The notes beneath the pieces are model-generated. The model made no database searches. It had not been told where the DNA came from and saw nothing but the letters and a program-made list of their open reading frames with translations. From an uncultured Gammaproteobacteria bacterium (GTDB lineage: Bacteria; Patescibacteriota; Microgenomatia; CAYQLK01): a stretch of 64,000 bases of DNA. The stretch covers positions 3,693 to 67,692 of the forward strand of contig CAYUKQ010000003.1 of NCBI GenBank assembly GCA_964445355.1, read 5' to 3'. Shown here piece after piece: positions 39,577-51,857 of this stretch. A program made the position numbers and the translations under genes. Each line of letters opens with the position of its first letter. Position 1 is the stretch's first letter.

Positions 39577-40359
39577 TTAGAGTGTTTTGTATGTTAGGGT
39601 TACCTCAAGCTTGATCTCTCCCCCACCGGGATTAATTTCGGTATTTTTATTAACTGTTTGTTCACTGCCACCTATTCCCTGTTTAGAGAAGCCCGTGTCG
39701 TAATACGGTTCCGGGTATGATGTGCCTGGTTCATATTCGTTGTAGTAGGTTATTTTGCCTAATGAAATTCCGGCAGTATCTGCTGCGGTTTGAGCCTTGC
39801 GTTTCGCGTCAGCGACAGCAAGTTTGCGAGCTTCATCGAGGGCTTTTTGGCGGTCAGTAAGACTAAATTCCAGACTGTTAACCGTATTAAGACCACCGGC
39901 AGTTGCTGTGTCGATCACGGTACCAACCTTGCTCAGGTCTTTGACTTTGATACCAAGGGTGATGTTGACCGTGTAGTCTTTGATCGCTCTTGTCGGTAGT
40001 GTGAAGTCATAGTTGGGGTTGATATTGTAGTTATTTGTTTTGATATCTTCGGATTTAATTCCCATTTTGATCAAATCTTGCTTGACTAAGTTAATGCGTT
40101 CGTTAGCTTTGGTCTGGGCAGATTTGACACTAAGGTCGTTGATTAGGATACCAAGAGATATTTCGGCTTGATCAGGTACGACGGCGACGGATCCTTCGCC
40201 TGTTACCGAAAAGTCGTTACTGATTGACTGGGTGGTGTGAAAAACGGGCGCAAGCTTTGTTTGAAAAACTGCAACAATCGATCCGACAGTGATAAGTATC
40301 AAAAGAACTGGTTTGGCACAACTGACAATAAATGTTCTCATATATTTTGATTGTAGCAC
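39577..40359 (-). CDS. SIMPL-domain (DUF541/BP26-like) periplasmic or surface protein; possibly leaderless from ATG 40341 (TACAAT 8 nt upstream)
   Basis: N-terminal TM or signal, then the SIMPL-family pattern of DUF541 proteins. Confidence 0.7.
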   Translation of the reverse strand: MLQSKYMRTFIVSCAKPVLLILITVGSIVAVFQTKLAPVFHTTQSISNDFSVTGEGSVAVVPDQAEISLGILINDLSVKSAQTKANERINLVKQDLIKMGIKSEDIKTNNYNINPNYDFTLPTRAIKDYTVNITLGIKVKDLSKVGTVIDTATAGGLNTVNSLEFSLTDRQKALDEARKLAVADAKRKAQTAADTAGISLGKITYYNEYEPGTSYPEPYYDTGFSKQGIGGSEQTVNKNTEINPGGGEIKLEVTLTYKTL

Positions 40360-40703
40360 GCATAAGTTATGTAAAAAAAAATTGGGATAAGGATCTCAGG
40401 TGAAGACGACCGACTCGCATCTTTTGCTTCGAGCTAGCGCACTCTGAAGCTATAAAAATGCTAACGCCTATTGTTGAGCCGTCTTCACCTGATGTGACAC
40501 CTTCACTCGCTGTATATCCATAAGGTTGCGTGACTGGAGAGGTTTTTCCGTGAACGCTTTTTATGGGGACGCAGTTTGTGAAGGATAATCACCTTAAGGA
40601 TGGGGACTTTCTGCTCTTGTTTCGCTGTTGAGACTCAAGCAGAGAAAAGCTCTGGTGATTAGTGAGCTGGATTGTAGCAAATTGTGGTTAATAGTCAATG
40701 AAT

Positions 40704-40739
40704 AAGAAAAAGGCCCTGGTGCGTTTTGCACCAAGGCCC
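40704..40739 (-). terminator. Rho-independent terminator on the minus strand (GGGCCTTGGTGC-aaaac-GCACCAGGGCC then TTTTTCTT)
   Basis: 11-bp stem with one mismatch plus T-run on the reverse complement. Confidence 0.6.
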
Positions 40740-41497
40740 AGAGTTGTGGTCGGGGCGCAGTCCGTCAGGACCGAGCCCCGTCTATTTGCGGGTGGCATTT
40801 TCCGCTGCCGGCTTTGGCTCGCGATTGAGCCGGTGCCCACAGTCGGGGTTCATGCCCCCATGGTTTTACCTCGCGATCGAGGCCGCTGCCTTGTGCGTCA
40901 CGGCAGAAACGGTGGCGGCTGTTTTAAGGCGGCCACTTTTGGTCAATCGCAACGAGACTTTGTATCTCGGTGCGGGCCGGCCATATTCGCGGGCGGCCTT
41001 CGCTAGTGCCAGAGGATGACGGCACATTTTTGACATCTCCGGGGAGCGCGGACGGGCTGTCCGCGCTCCTTGCGGTCCCGAAAGCCCTCGGGACAACAGG
41101 TGAAAAAGGACAGGCACGGATAAGCCATAACCACTTTTTGCGCAGGTGGGTACCCGAGTCTCATGCGTAGAGACGCGAAGCCTGAACACCAGTGCTTGGT
41201 TGGTTTTGGCAGAGAGACACCAATTCTCTTCGTCCCCCCCCCAGAATAGGGAGTTCAGAGGAGTTATTAGTGTCAGCAAATCGTTCTCCTTGTCGATTCC
41301 GTGACGCATCCTGCCCCGCGCCCCTTTTCCCGACTAATCGGTAGGATCCCAGTGTGGGTAGTCCAGGGGGAAGCGCTTAGAGATATCAGTGTAAAAAACT
41401 GGATATTCCTAAGTGTTTCTCCCTGGATGGCTTTTGAAGCAGGAGTGCAAAGTCCTGATGATTTTTATATGTGCACAGCTAAAACAAATTAACTGCG
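40740..41497 (-). ncRNA. GC-rich (about 58%) transcribed unit of about 0.76 kb with no credible ORF: candidate structured ncRNA or decayed cassette. Contains a G9/C9 homopolymer (41234-41242) and two perfect hairpins (41043-41069, 41075-41094)
   Basis: Bounded by the consensus promoter (41504-41543) and the terminator (40704-40739); only ORF-like frames are low-complexity and overlap on both strands. Confidence 0.4.
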
Positions 41498-41503
41498 GGA
41501 GCC

Positions 41504-41543
41504 ATTATATATTATAGATGATTAATTGTCAAATACTATAGGG
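41504..41543 (-). promoter_or_regulatory. Motif-promoter module copy (minus strand): CCCTATAGTA then TTGACA-N17-TATAAT (perfect consensus)
   Basis: Reverse complement read directly; points into the GC-rich 40740-41497 unit. Confidence 0.6.
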
Positions 41544-41679
41544 TTCTCCAGATTACGCTGTAATCTTCGTGTCTTCTCTTCGAGCAGGCGTTGCTTTAGT
41601 TATGCGAATTATTCTCTGGGTTTAAGCTTGGGTTTTTCAGCTACGGGGCTGGATTTGGGTTTTGTGATCTTAGTTTTAG

Positions 41680-44202
41680 CTACTTTGGCAGTTTTTGTCT
41701 CTGAAGCTGGAAGGGGGGGGCTGATTTTTCCTCTTGCTCTTCTTTGGCGATAGTTGCTGTTGCTGAGACGGTATCGCCAGCTTTGCTAAAACGCATTAAG
41801 GTAACGCCTTGAGTGTCTCTACCGAGCCGGGGAATGTTTTTGATCGGCAGGCGGATGATCTGACCTTTTTTGGAAGTTAAGACCAGAGACTCATCGGACG
41901 AATTAATTAGTTCTGCAGAGACAATTTTACCAGTTTTGCTGGTAATATTGGCAGCTTTTACTCCTTTGCCTCCCCTACCCTGCATTGTCCAGACCGATGA
42001 GAAAGATTTTTTACCAAATCCGTTCTCAGTGACAATCAGTAGTTCGTCTTTATCATTATCGATGTGGCCTACTGTTAGTCCGATGACTGAGCCGTCGTTT
42101 TTGAGGTTGATTCCCCTAACCCCCCGAGTGTCCCGGGCGGTTGGGCGGATGTTTTTTTCATTGAACTTAATTGATTGTCCGTTATCAGCAACGATAAGAA
42201 TGTAGTCTGAGCCGCTGGTTAATTTGGCCCAACGGAGTTCGTCGCCGTTGTCGAGATTGATAGCGATAATACCAGTACGGCGGATATTGCTGAACTTAGA
42301 GATGGTCGTTTTTTTGACAATACCTTTTTTGGTTACCAGTAAAATATTGGCATCAGGCGATGTGGTCTTGGCGATCGGTAGTATAGATAATATTTCTTCC
42401 CGTTGCTCAATATCGATAAGATTAATGATCGCTTGACCTTTGGCGGTTCGTGAGCTTTCCGGTACTTCGTGCGTTTTAAGCTGGAAAACCCGGCCGCGAT
42501 TAGTAAAGAACATCAATGAATCGTGGGTTTGGCAGCGGATTAAGTGTGAGACGACGTCTTCTTCTTTGGTGGTAATACCGGAGATACCCTTGCCGCCACG
42601 GCGCTGAGTTTTGAAAGTATTGGGTAATTGGCGCTTGATGTAGCCTGTTTTGGTGATGGTTACGATGGTTGGTTCGTTAGCAATGAGGTCTTCTTCAGAA
42701 AATTCACCAATCTTGTTTTTGATGATCTTGGTGCGACGGGCATCACCATATTTTTCTTTGATCTCGATCAGTTCGGTCTTGGCGAGTTGAAGGATTTTTT
42801 CTGGATGCGCAAGTAGGTCTTCTAAATAAGCAATCAATTCACGAACCTGCTTAAGCTCTTCTTCGATCTTGAGCCTTTCCAGTGCAGCTAAACGTCTTAG
42901 TTGCATATCCAAAATCGCCACAGCTTGAAGTTCTGAAAGTTTGAATTTGGACATTAATTGGGTTTTGGCTGTTTCGACATCAGCAGCGGCTCGAATAATA
43001 CGGATCACTTCGTCAATGTTGTCGACGGCAATTTTTAGCCCCTCGAGGATATGTTCTCTGGCTTTGGCCGCTTTGAGATCGAATTCACTGCGTTTGGTAA
43101 TTACATTCTGACGGTGCTTAATAAACTCGTGAAGCATGATGTTAAGAGTCATAGTTTGGGGAATTCCGTCGATCAGTCCAACCGCATTGACCGAAAAACT
43201 CTGTTGCATACTGGTGAGTTTGAAGAGATTGTTTAGGGTGGATTGTGGTTTGGCATCGCGTCGGAGTTCGATCGTAATACGCATACCCTTGCGATCGGAG
43301 TCGTCACGCAGATCGGCGATACCCTGAATCTTTTTGTTGCGTACGAGATCAGCGATTTTTTGGATCAAGACTGATTTGTTGACCTGGTACGGAAGTTCGG
43401 TAACTACAATTTGGAATTTGCCGTTTTTCCGCTCTTCAATATCGGCTTTGGCTCGGGTAATTATTCGGCCACGACCGGTAGCGTAAGCAGCGGTGATCTC
43501 TGTTTGGTCGTAGACGATTCCTCCGGTTGGAAAATCGGGTCCTTTGATAAATTGCAGCAGATCTTCGACTGAAGCTTCCGGGTTGTCGATTAGGTGCGTG
43601 GTCGCGTCAATGACTTCGCTTAAGTTGTGAGGAGGAATACTGGTGGCCATACCGACGGCAATACCATTCACCCCATTAAGTAAGAGATTCGGAATAACGG
43701 CCGGAAGCAGATCCGGTTCTTTGAGTGTACCGTCGAAGTTGTCGGTCCAGGTGACAGTGTCTTTGTCGATATCGCGTAAAAGTTCGTTGGAGATTGCAGC
43801 CATACGGCATTCTGTATAACGCATTGCAGCTGCAGGATCCCCGTCGATTGAGCCGAAGTTGCCTTGGCCATCGATCAATGGATAGCGGAGTGAAAAATCC
43901 TGAGCCATTCTAACTAGGGCTTCGTAAACCGGACTATCGCCGTGGGGGTGATATTTACCCAGTACCTCGCCGACAACCTTGGCACATTTTGAGTAGTGAG
44001 CTGAATGTGTTAAGCCAATCTTATACATGGCGTAGATGATGCGGCGTTGCACTGGTTTGAGACCGTCGCGTACGTCAGGAAGTGCACGTGCGACAATAAC
44101 ACTCATGGCGTAGTCGAGATATGAGCGTTTCATCTCGGCGACAATGCCACTTTCGATGACTTTGCCGATATAATCGATGTTGGTTACAGTATTTTCTGCC
44201 AT
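41680..44202 (-). CDS. gyrA: DNA gyrase subunit A
   Basis: Near-full-length match to the GyrA pattern (AAMRYTE active-site Tyr region, C-terminal beta-pinwheel repeats). Confidence 0.95.
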   Translation of the reverse strand: MAENTVTNIDYIGKVIESGIVAEMKRSYLDYAMSVIVARALPDVRDGLKPVQRRIIYAMYKIGLTHSAHYSKCAKVVGEVLGKYHPHGDSPVYEALVRMAQDFSLRYPLIDGQGNFGSIDGDPAAAMRYTECRMAAISNELLRDIDKDTVTWTDNFDGTLKEPDLLPAVIPNLLLNGVNGIAVGMATSIPPHNLSEVIDATTHLIDNPEASVEDLLQFIKGPDFPTGGIVYDQTEITAAYATGRGRIITRAKADIEERKNGKFQIVVTELPYQVNKSVLIQKIADLVRNKKIQGIADLRDDSDRKGMRITIELRRDAKPQSTLNNLFKLTSMQQSFSVNAVGLIDGIPQTMTLNIMLHEFIKHRQNVITKRSEFDLKAAKAREHILEGLKIAVDNIDEVIRIIRAAADVETAKTQLMSKFKLSELQAVAILDMQLRRLAALERLKIEEELKQVRELIAYLEDLLAHPEKILQLAKTELIEIKEKYGDARRTKIIKNKIGEFSEEDLIANEPTIVTITKTGYIKRQLPNTFKTQRRGGKGISGITTKEEDVVSHLIRCQTHDSLMFFTNRGRVFQLKTHEVPESSRTAKGQAIINLIDIEQREEILSILPIAKTTSPDANILLVTKKGIVKKTTISKFSNIRRTGIIAINLDNGDELRWAKLTSGSDYILIVADNGQSIKFNEKNIRPTARDTRGVRGINLKNDGSVIGLTVGHIDNDKDELLIVTENGFGKKSFSSVWTMQGRGGKGVKAANITSKTGKIVSAELINSSDESLVLTSKKGQIIRLPIKNIPRLGRDTQGVTLMRFSKAGDTVSATATIAKEEQEEKSAPPFQLQRQKLPK

Positions 44203-44205
44203 AGT

Positions 44206-46143
<1,938 letters not shown>

Positions 46144-46250
46144 TTAATCTGGTTGTTTAGTATTGATTAGATCAATTTAAGGGTGTAATTTAGCCTCGAA
46201 TGAGACTAAAAGATTCTAGCATAGGCCTAAGCTTTAAGGCAAATTGACAA

Positions 46251-46293
46251 TAAAAAAAGACCCGAATTTACCGTTTATAGATAAATGCGGGTC
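46251..46293 (-). terminator. Rho-independent terminator on the minus strand (GACCCG...CGGGTC then T7) after the Nudix gene
   Basis: Hairpin plus A-run on plus, i.e. T-run on minus. Confidence 0.55.
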
Positions 46294-46319
46294 GGTGGTC
46301 GGGTTCTGTTTCGGCGTTG

Positions 46320-46841
46320 TTACTTCATCCGCCTGGTTTTTGCAATCACTGTTTGCCGGATGAAGACCGCCTGTTCTTGGATGATGTCTTCGGGCAGTCT
46401 GCTTACCGGGAAAAACTGTCCGACTGTGGGTGTGCTTTGAGCCAGTGCCGTGTGAATGATCGAGAGACCAACGCCGCGGGTAACTCCATGGAAGTACATA
46501 CCGGTGTGTGTCGGACGGCTGATGGACATGCCACCGAGCTCTTCGCTGACGATTCGGTTGATGGCCAGATCGAAGCGGTCGCCCGGCTTGTCGAGGTCTG
46601 TTGCACGCAGGAGCGTGCCCGGTACGTGCCATAGTCCCGGGAAGTAGGGGTCGTCCTCTTCCCTTTTGGTTAGGAGGACTTCCGACTGCTTCGCTGTCGG
46701 GTGGAAGATTACCAGTTCGATGTACGGCAGGGCCATTGTTTCTGCAATCGCGTAGAAAACTTGCGGTGGCAGAAGTTGGCCGTGAAAGCTGCGCAGGTAC
46801 TCTGCGACAGCATCATCAGACGGCTTGTGGTCTGTTCCCAA
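46320..46841 (-). CDS. Nudix-family hydrolase, GC-rich cassette gene
   Basis: Nudix box G(X5)E(X7)REUXEEXGU matched by GTLLRATDLDKPGDRFDLAINRIVSEELGG; about 58% GC. Confidence 0.7.
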   Translation of the reverse strand: MGTDHKPSDDAVAEYLRSFHGQLLPPQVFYAIAETMALPYIELVIFHPTAKQSEVLLTKREEDDPYFPGLWHVPGTLLRATDLDKPGDRFDLAINRIVSEELGGMSISRPTHTGMYFHGVTRGVGLSIIHTALAQSTPTVGQFFPVSRLPEDIIQEQAVFIRQTVIAKTRRMK

Positions 46842-46872
46842 AACTCCTCCGATTTAATGAGCTATGGGTCTT

Positions 46873-46913
46873 ATTGTACGATATTTTGGCTCAAAAATCA
46901 AATACTATAGGAT
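46873..46913 (-). promoter_or_regulatory. Motif-promoter module copy (minus strand): ATCCTATAGTA then TTGATT-N17-TACAAT, GGAGG RBS before ATG 46841
   Basis: Reverse complement read directly; abuts the holB stop. Confidence 0.55.
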
Positions 46914-47599
46914 TATGGATGAATTTGTTGGTCGAGTGCGATGATTAGATTGTCCAGAGCCAGTCGCAAGCGAATATTGATCTTGGTTAGATTGTTAATA
47001 TCAAGTAGGGATTTCGCCAGAAAGATCTCATTTTTGGTAAGGTCAGTTCGGTTGAGTGCTAGCAGCATAAATTTGAGTAGAAATCTCAGTTCCGCTTCTT
47101 TATATGGGGTGATTAGATTAAGTTTTTGACCCAGATCAAGTTTGGGTGAAACCAGTTGACTGATAAGCGTTGATGCTTGTTGAATCTGAGCCTGGTCAGC
47201 AACCGCGGACTTTGCAGGTGATCGGGTGACGGTGATTACACGGGAAAGAATTGTTGGCAGAATGTTGTTTTTGGTTTCTGAGCGAATAATGATCAAAGTG
47301 GAGGCTGGTGGCTCTTCGAGTATTTTGAGCAGGCTATTTTGAGCTTCGATCGAGGCGTTGGTGAAGTTTTCGATCAAAATTACTTTGTGGCTGGCAAAAA
47401 GCGGACTAAGTGAGGCCTTTTTGATGACGAGGCGTGCGTCTTCGATTGAGAACTCCTTGGCTGGCGTGATTTTAATGACATCAGGGCTGGAGAGATTAAG
47501 GTCAATATTGAGTGTACGAAAAATATTAAGTATGACCCCATCGTCTAATTGGTTGACTAGAAGACGTGGTTGAAAGAGGTTGGTATCAGAATTCGACAT
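46913..47599 (-). CDS. holB: DNA polymerase III delta-prime subunit (clamp-loader AAA+)
   Basis: LLKILEEPP and ILSRV motifs typical of HolB. Confidence 0.75.
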   Translation of the reverse strand: MSNSDTNLFQPRLLVNQLDDGVILNIFRTLNIDLNLSSPDVIKITPAKEFSIEDARLVIKKASLSPLFASHKVILIENFTNASIEAQNSLLKILEEPPASTLIIIRSETKNNILPTILSRVITVTRSPAKSAVADQAQIQQASTLISQLVSPKLDLGQKLNLITPYKEAELRFLLKFMLLALNRTDLTKNEIFLAKSLLDINNLTKINIRLRLALDNLIIALDQQIHP

Positions 47600-47729
47600 A
47601 TTACCCTTTATATTGTTGACAGCTATAACAGTGATGAAGGATATTATATGTTAAGAGGTTTAGCAAAAAGTGATGAAGTTACCCTTAGATAAGGCCAATA
47701 TATAAGTTTGCTTCTTCCATAGACTTTGT

Positions 47730-49505
47730 TTGCTAACCAAAAAATTTATGCCTGCTACTGCCCCCAATTTGGTTGGAGCGATGCAATCCGCTCCGGCTAA
47801 GACGCTTACGACAATCGAAGACATTCTGCTTAGTCAGAATATTCTCAAGAAAAAAGATTACGACCAGCTAAAGCTAGAGGTTGTTTCGACCGGTAAGAAG
47901 GTTGACGATCTTTTGAAAGAAAAAGAGCTGGCGACAGATCAACAAATAGCCGAGGCGAAATCGATCCTTTTTGGTGTCCCATATGTGCAGATCGCCGGTA
48001 AGACGATCTCGCCGGATGTTTTGACCCTGGTTCCTGAGCAGGTTGCCAGGCAGTACGGAATGATTCCATTTGAGAGACATTTGAATGATCTTTGGGTTGC
48101 GCTGGACGACCCGCTTAATCTTCAGGTTGTGAAATTCCTTGAGCAGCGGACAAATATGGGTATTAAGGTCTTTTTGTCCGGTGAGAATGAGATCAAGGAT
48201 GCGATTGCGCTTGCCTACTCCCAAAGTTTGACTGGTGATATTGGCGAGGTCTTGAAAGAGGCAAATACAAGTGTAGTCGCAAGTGAAGCTGGGGTTAATA
48301 AGGTCAAGGCTGAAACGCTTTATAATGCTCCAATTGCTAAGGTTGTTTCACAGCTTTTGGAATATGGAATCAAAATCAAGGCTTCAGATATTCATATTGA
48401 ACCAATGGAAGATAAAGTTCGCGTGCGATACCGAATTGATGGAATTTTGCATGAGAAATTGATTCTTCCGAAAAAGGTTCATGAAGCGATCACAACACGT
48501 ATCAAAATTCTGGCAAAACTAAAAATTGACGAAAAGCGTCTGCCACAAGATGGAAGATTTGATTTTGAATCGGGACAGGAGGCAATTGATTTGCGTGTAT
48601 CGAGTTTGCCGACGACTTGGGGAGAGAAAGTGGTTATGAGACTTCTTAAAAAGTCCGGAGGTATACCGACTTTGTCCGATTTGGGATTGAGAGGTTCGGC
48701 ATTAAAAAACGTTGAAACGCAATTGACACGTCCGCACGGCGTTATGCTTATTACCGGACCAACCGGGAGCGGTAAAACGACCACACTCTACTCTGCTTTG
48801 GCACGACTGAATACAGCAAAAGTCAACATTCTTACGCTTGAAGATCCGGTCGAGTACCAGATCGCCGGGGTTAATCAGGTACAAATCAATACCTTAGCCG
48901 GTCTTACTTTTGCTTCCGGACTGAGGTCTTTTTTGAGACAAGATCCCAACATTATTATGGTTGGTGAAATTCGAGACGAGGAAACCGCCGATTTGGCTGT
49001 GCAGGCGGCGCTGACTGGGCATATGGTTTTTTCGACTGTTCATACAAATAATGCCGCAGGGGCATTACCGAGACTGTTGGATATGAAAATTGAGCCTTAT
49101 TTGATCGCCAGTTCGATTACAGCCGTTATCGGTCAGAGGGTTGTACGTAAGATCTGTGTAAGTTGCCGGGAACAGTATATGCCGGTTCCGGAGGTGGCGA
49201 CGGATATCAGAAATGTTTTAGGTAAGCTTTTGGATATCAAATTAAGTCAGGGACAGATGATTCTCTATCGGGGAAAGGGCTGCGAGGAATGTAACGGCAC
49301 CGGTTATTTAGGGCGAATCGGTATTTATGAAGTATTAATTCTTAATGAAAAAGTCGGCAGATTGATTCTCGAACGGGAAACCAGCGAGTCGATCGAGCGA
49401 CAAGCAATTGAGGATGGAATGGTGACGATGAAGCAGGATGGGTATTTGAAGGTTGTCGAGGGTATTACGACGATCGAAGAAGTATTAAGGGTGGCCCAAG
49501 AATAA
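47730..49505 (+). CDS. pilB: Type IV pilus assembly ATPase PilB (GspE family) with N-terminal GSPII_E_N domain
   Basis: Walker A GPTGSGKTTT, Asp box, His box, tetracysteine CVSC...CEEC motif. Confidence 0.9.
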   Translation: MLTKKFMPATAPNLVGAMQSAPAKTLTTIEDILLSQNILKKKDYDQLKLEVVSTGKKVDDLLKEKELATDQQIAEAKSILFGVPYVQIAGKTISPDVLTLVPEQVARQYGMIPFERHLNDLWVALDDPLNLQVVKFLEQRTNMGIKVFLSGENEIKDAIALAYSQSLTGDIGEVLKEANTSVVASEAGVNKVKAETLYNAPIAKVVSQLLEYGIKIKASDIHIEPMEDKVRVRYRIDGILHEKLILPKKVHEAITTRIKILAKLKIDEKRLPQDGRFDFESGQEAIDLRVSSLPTTWGEKVVMRLLKKSGGIPTLSDLGLRGSALKNVETQLTRPHGVMLITGPTGSGKTTTLYSALARLNTAKVNILTLEDPVEYQIAGVNQVQINTLAGLTFASGLRSFLRQDPNIIMVGEIRDEETADLAVQAALTGHMVFSTVHTNNAAGALPRLLDMKIEPYLIASSITAVIGQRVVRKICVSCREQYMPVPEVATDIRNVLGKLLDIKLSQGQMILYRGKGCEECNGTGYLGRIGIYEVLILNEKVGRLILERETSESIERQAIEDGMVTMKQDGYLKVVEGITTIEEVLRVAQE

Positions 49506-49546
49506 ATAGATATGCAAGAATTGAATTACAAGTTAAAAACAAAAAT

Positions 49547-50608
49547 ATGATGTCGATACAGCAACTATTAGAGACGGTAATTAAAAAAGATGCAAGTGAT
49601 CTGCACCTGGTAGTTGGTCAGCCTCCGATGTATCGGGTCGATGGTGATTTGACGGCAATTCCAGGTGAGGATATTTTGACATTAGAAGCGGCTCAGGTGT
49701 TGATATTTGATCTGTTGACTAGCGAGCAAAAGGAGTTGATCTTGGTAAATAAGGAGTTAGATTTTTCTTTTGGATTGGGTGATGTAGCGAGATTTAGGGT
49801 GAATGCCTATTATCAAAAAGGTTATCTATCGGCTTCTTTGAGGTTGATTCCGTCTAATATTAAGACGATCGAAGAGTTACAGCTACCGAAGAGTTTGCAT
49901 AATTTTGCCAAGATGAGGCAGGGTTTTGTGCTGGTAACTGGTCCAACCGGCCATGGAAAATCGACAACTTTGGCTTCGATCATTAATGAGATTAATCTTG
50001 ACAATCCGATGCATATTTTGACGATCGAGGATCCGATCGAGTATGTCTATCCCCGAGGAAGGGCACTGGTTTCACAGCGTGAATTGCATTTGGACACGCA
50101 TTCCTGGGATATTGCCTTGCGTTCTGCTCTGCGTGAGGATCCTAATGTAGTTTTGGTTGGTGAGATGCGAGACTATGAAACGATTGCGGCGGCATTGACA
50201 ATTGCCGAGACCGGACATTTAGTGTTTGCGACGTTACACACTAATTCTGCTTCACAGACTATCGATAGAATTGTGGACGTTTTTCCCGAGAACCAGCAGG
50301 AGCAGGTCAGGATTCAACTTAGCAATACCCTAGCCGGAATTGTTTCGCAGCGATTGATGCCGGCAATGGGCGGAGGGCGAGTTCCGGCGGTTGAAATATT
50401 AATCGGAACGCCGGCGATCAGGAATCTGATTCGCGAGGGTAAAACTCACCAAATTGATTCAGCACTTCAAACGTCGAGTGAGCAAGGCATGGTTACGCTT
50501 GATGCTTCACTTGCAACTCTTATTAAGGCTGGCAGGATTTCTGAAGAGGTTGGACTTTCCTACTCGACCAGGCCAGATCAGTTAATGAGATTAGTTAGAG
50601 GCGTATAA
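49547..50608 (+). CDS. pilT: Type IV pilus retraction ATPase PilT
   Basis: GPTGHGKSTT Walker A, PilT-type AIRNLIREGK motif. Confidence 0.9.
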   Translation: MMSIQQLLETVIKKDASDLHLVVGQPPMYRVDGDLTAIPGEDILTLEAAQVLIFDLLTSEQKELILVNKELDFSFGLGDVARFRVNAYYQKGYLSASLRLIPSNIKTIEELQLPKSLHNFAKMRQGFVLVTGPTGHGKSTTLASIINEINLDNPMHILTIEDPIEYVYPRGRALVSQRELHLDTHSWDIALRSALREDPNVVLVGEMRDYETIAAALTIAETGHLVFATLHTNSASQTIDRIVDVFPENQQEQVRIQLSNTLAGIVSQRLMPAMGGGRVPAVEILIGTPAIRNLIREGKTHQIDSALQTSSEQGMVTLDASLATLIKAGRISEEVGLSYSTRPDQLMRLVRGV

Positions 50609-50617
50609 AAATAATTA

Positions 50618-51829
50618 ATGGCAAATTTTTTATATACAGCTAAGGCGGTCAACGGAGATACCGTTAAGGGTTCGGTCGAGGCGAGTAATGTCGACCAGGC
50701 ACTTAACGTCATTCGTCAGAATAATCTAACCCCGATTACGATCACGGAGAATAAAAAAGGCGGACTGAGCAACCTGTCGTTTGGCAGTTTGTTCGGGAAG
50801 GTAAGCGAGGGTGATGTGGCGGTATTTACCAGACAGCTTTCAAGTATGGTTAATGCAGGCCTGCCTTTTGCTGAGAGCATGAATATTCTCAAAAAACAGA
50901 CTAAGAATGCGCATTTTTCTGCGGTTTTGGATCAAGTCGGAAAGGATGTTGAGGGTGGAATGAGTTTGGGGGGTGCGATGGGTAAGCATCCAGATGTATT
51001 CAGCCGTGTTTATGTAAATTTGGTTAAGGCTGGTGAGGCCGGTGGTGTGATTGATAAAATCTTTGCCAGACTGGCAGACTCTTTGGAAAAATCGCGAAGC
51101 TTCCATAGTAAAGTAAGAGGAGCTCTACTCTATCCGGCTATTTTGTTAGTACTGATGTTTGTAGTTATATTTGTGATGATGGTTTTTGTGATTCCTAAGC
51201 TAGCAGATCTTTACAAGGACATTGGTGCGGATCTGCCGCTGCCGACATTGATACTGATCGGAGTGTCTGAGTTTTTTGTTAATTTTTGGTATCTGATTAT
51301 TGGTGGTGTGGTGGGGTTGGTATTTTTTTATCAATATTGGGGTAAGACCGAATCGGGACGGGCGTTCTTTGATGATTTGAAGCTGAAAATTCCGGTATTT
51401 GGAAGAATAAATCGGGGAATAATCTTAGTGGAATTTACCAGAACTTTAGGATTATTGCTTGAGGCCGGAGTGCCGATAATTGAGTCATTAAGAATCAGCA
51501 CAGGCATTGTAAACAATGTTAATTATGAGAAGGAGCTCTATTTGTCGATCGACAAGATCGAAAAGGGAGCACAATTGTATGATCAGATCGATCAGTCCGA
51601 TATTTTCCCTCCGATCGTTTCGCAGATGGTAAAAGTGGGTGAAGAAACCGGTAAGCTGGATGACGTATTGAATCGTTTGGCGAATTATTTTGAAGCCGAG
51701 GCTGATCAGCTGGTGAAAAATGTCACTACGGCTCTGGAGCCGTTTATTTTGGTTATCTTAGGATTAGGGGTGGGGTTATTGGTTATTTCGATTATTCTGC
51801 CAATCTACAATCTTACAAGCAAATTTTAG
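50618..51829 (+). CDS. pilC: Type IV pilus platform protein PilC (GspF family)
   Basis: Duplicated GspF domain, three TM segments. Confidence 0.9.
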   Translation: MANFLYTAKAVNGDTVKGSVEASNVDQALNVIRQNNLTPITITENKKGGLSNLSFGSLFGKVSEGDVAVFTRQLSSMVNAGLPFAESMNILKKQTKNAHFSAVLDQVGKDVEGGMSLGGAMGKHPDVFSRVYVNLVKAGEAGGVIDKIFARLADSLEKSRSFHSKVRGALLYPAILLVLMFVVIFVMMVFVIPKLADLYKDIGADLPLPTLILIGVSEFFVNFWYLIIGGVVGLVFFYQYWGKTESGRAFFDDLKLKIPVFGRINRGIILVEFTRTLGLLLEAGVPIIESLRISTGIVNNVNYEKELYLSIDKIEKGAQLYDQIDQSDIFPPIVSQMVKVGEETGKLDDVLNRLANYFEAEADQLVKNVTTALEPFILVILGLGVGLLVISIILPIYNLTSKF

Positions 51830-51857
51830 AAAAATTCTTGAAAGGAGGTGAAATATT

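Noticed and set aside
40380-41520. RNase P RNA or tmRNA in the GC-rich non-coding block
   Set aside because: I searched both strands by eye for P4 motifs (GGAAAGUCCGG, ACAGAAnCCGGCUUA) and for the tmRNA T-arm and CCA end, and found no convincing matches. The region is kept only as a generic candidate ncRNA or pseudogene cassette.
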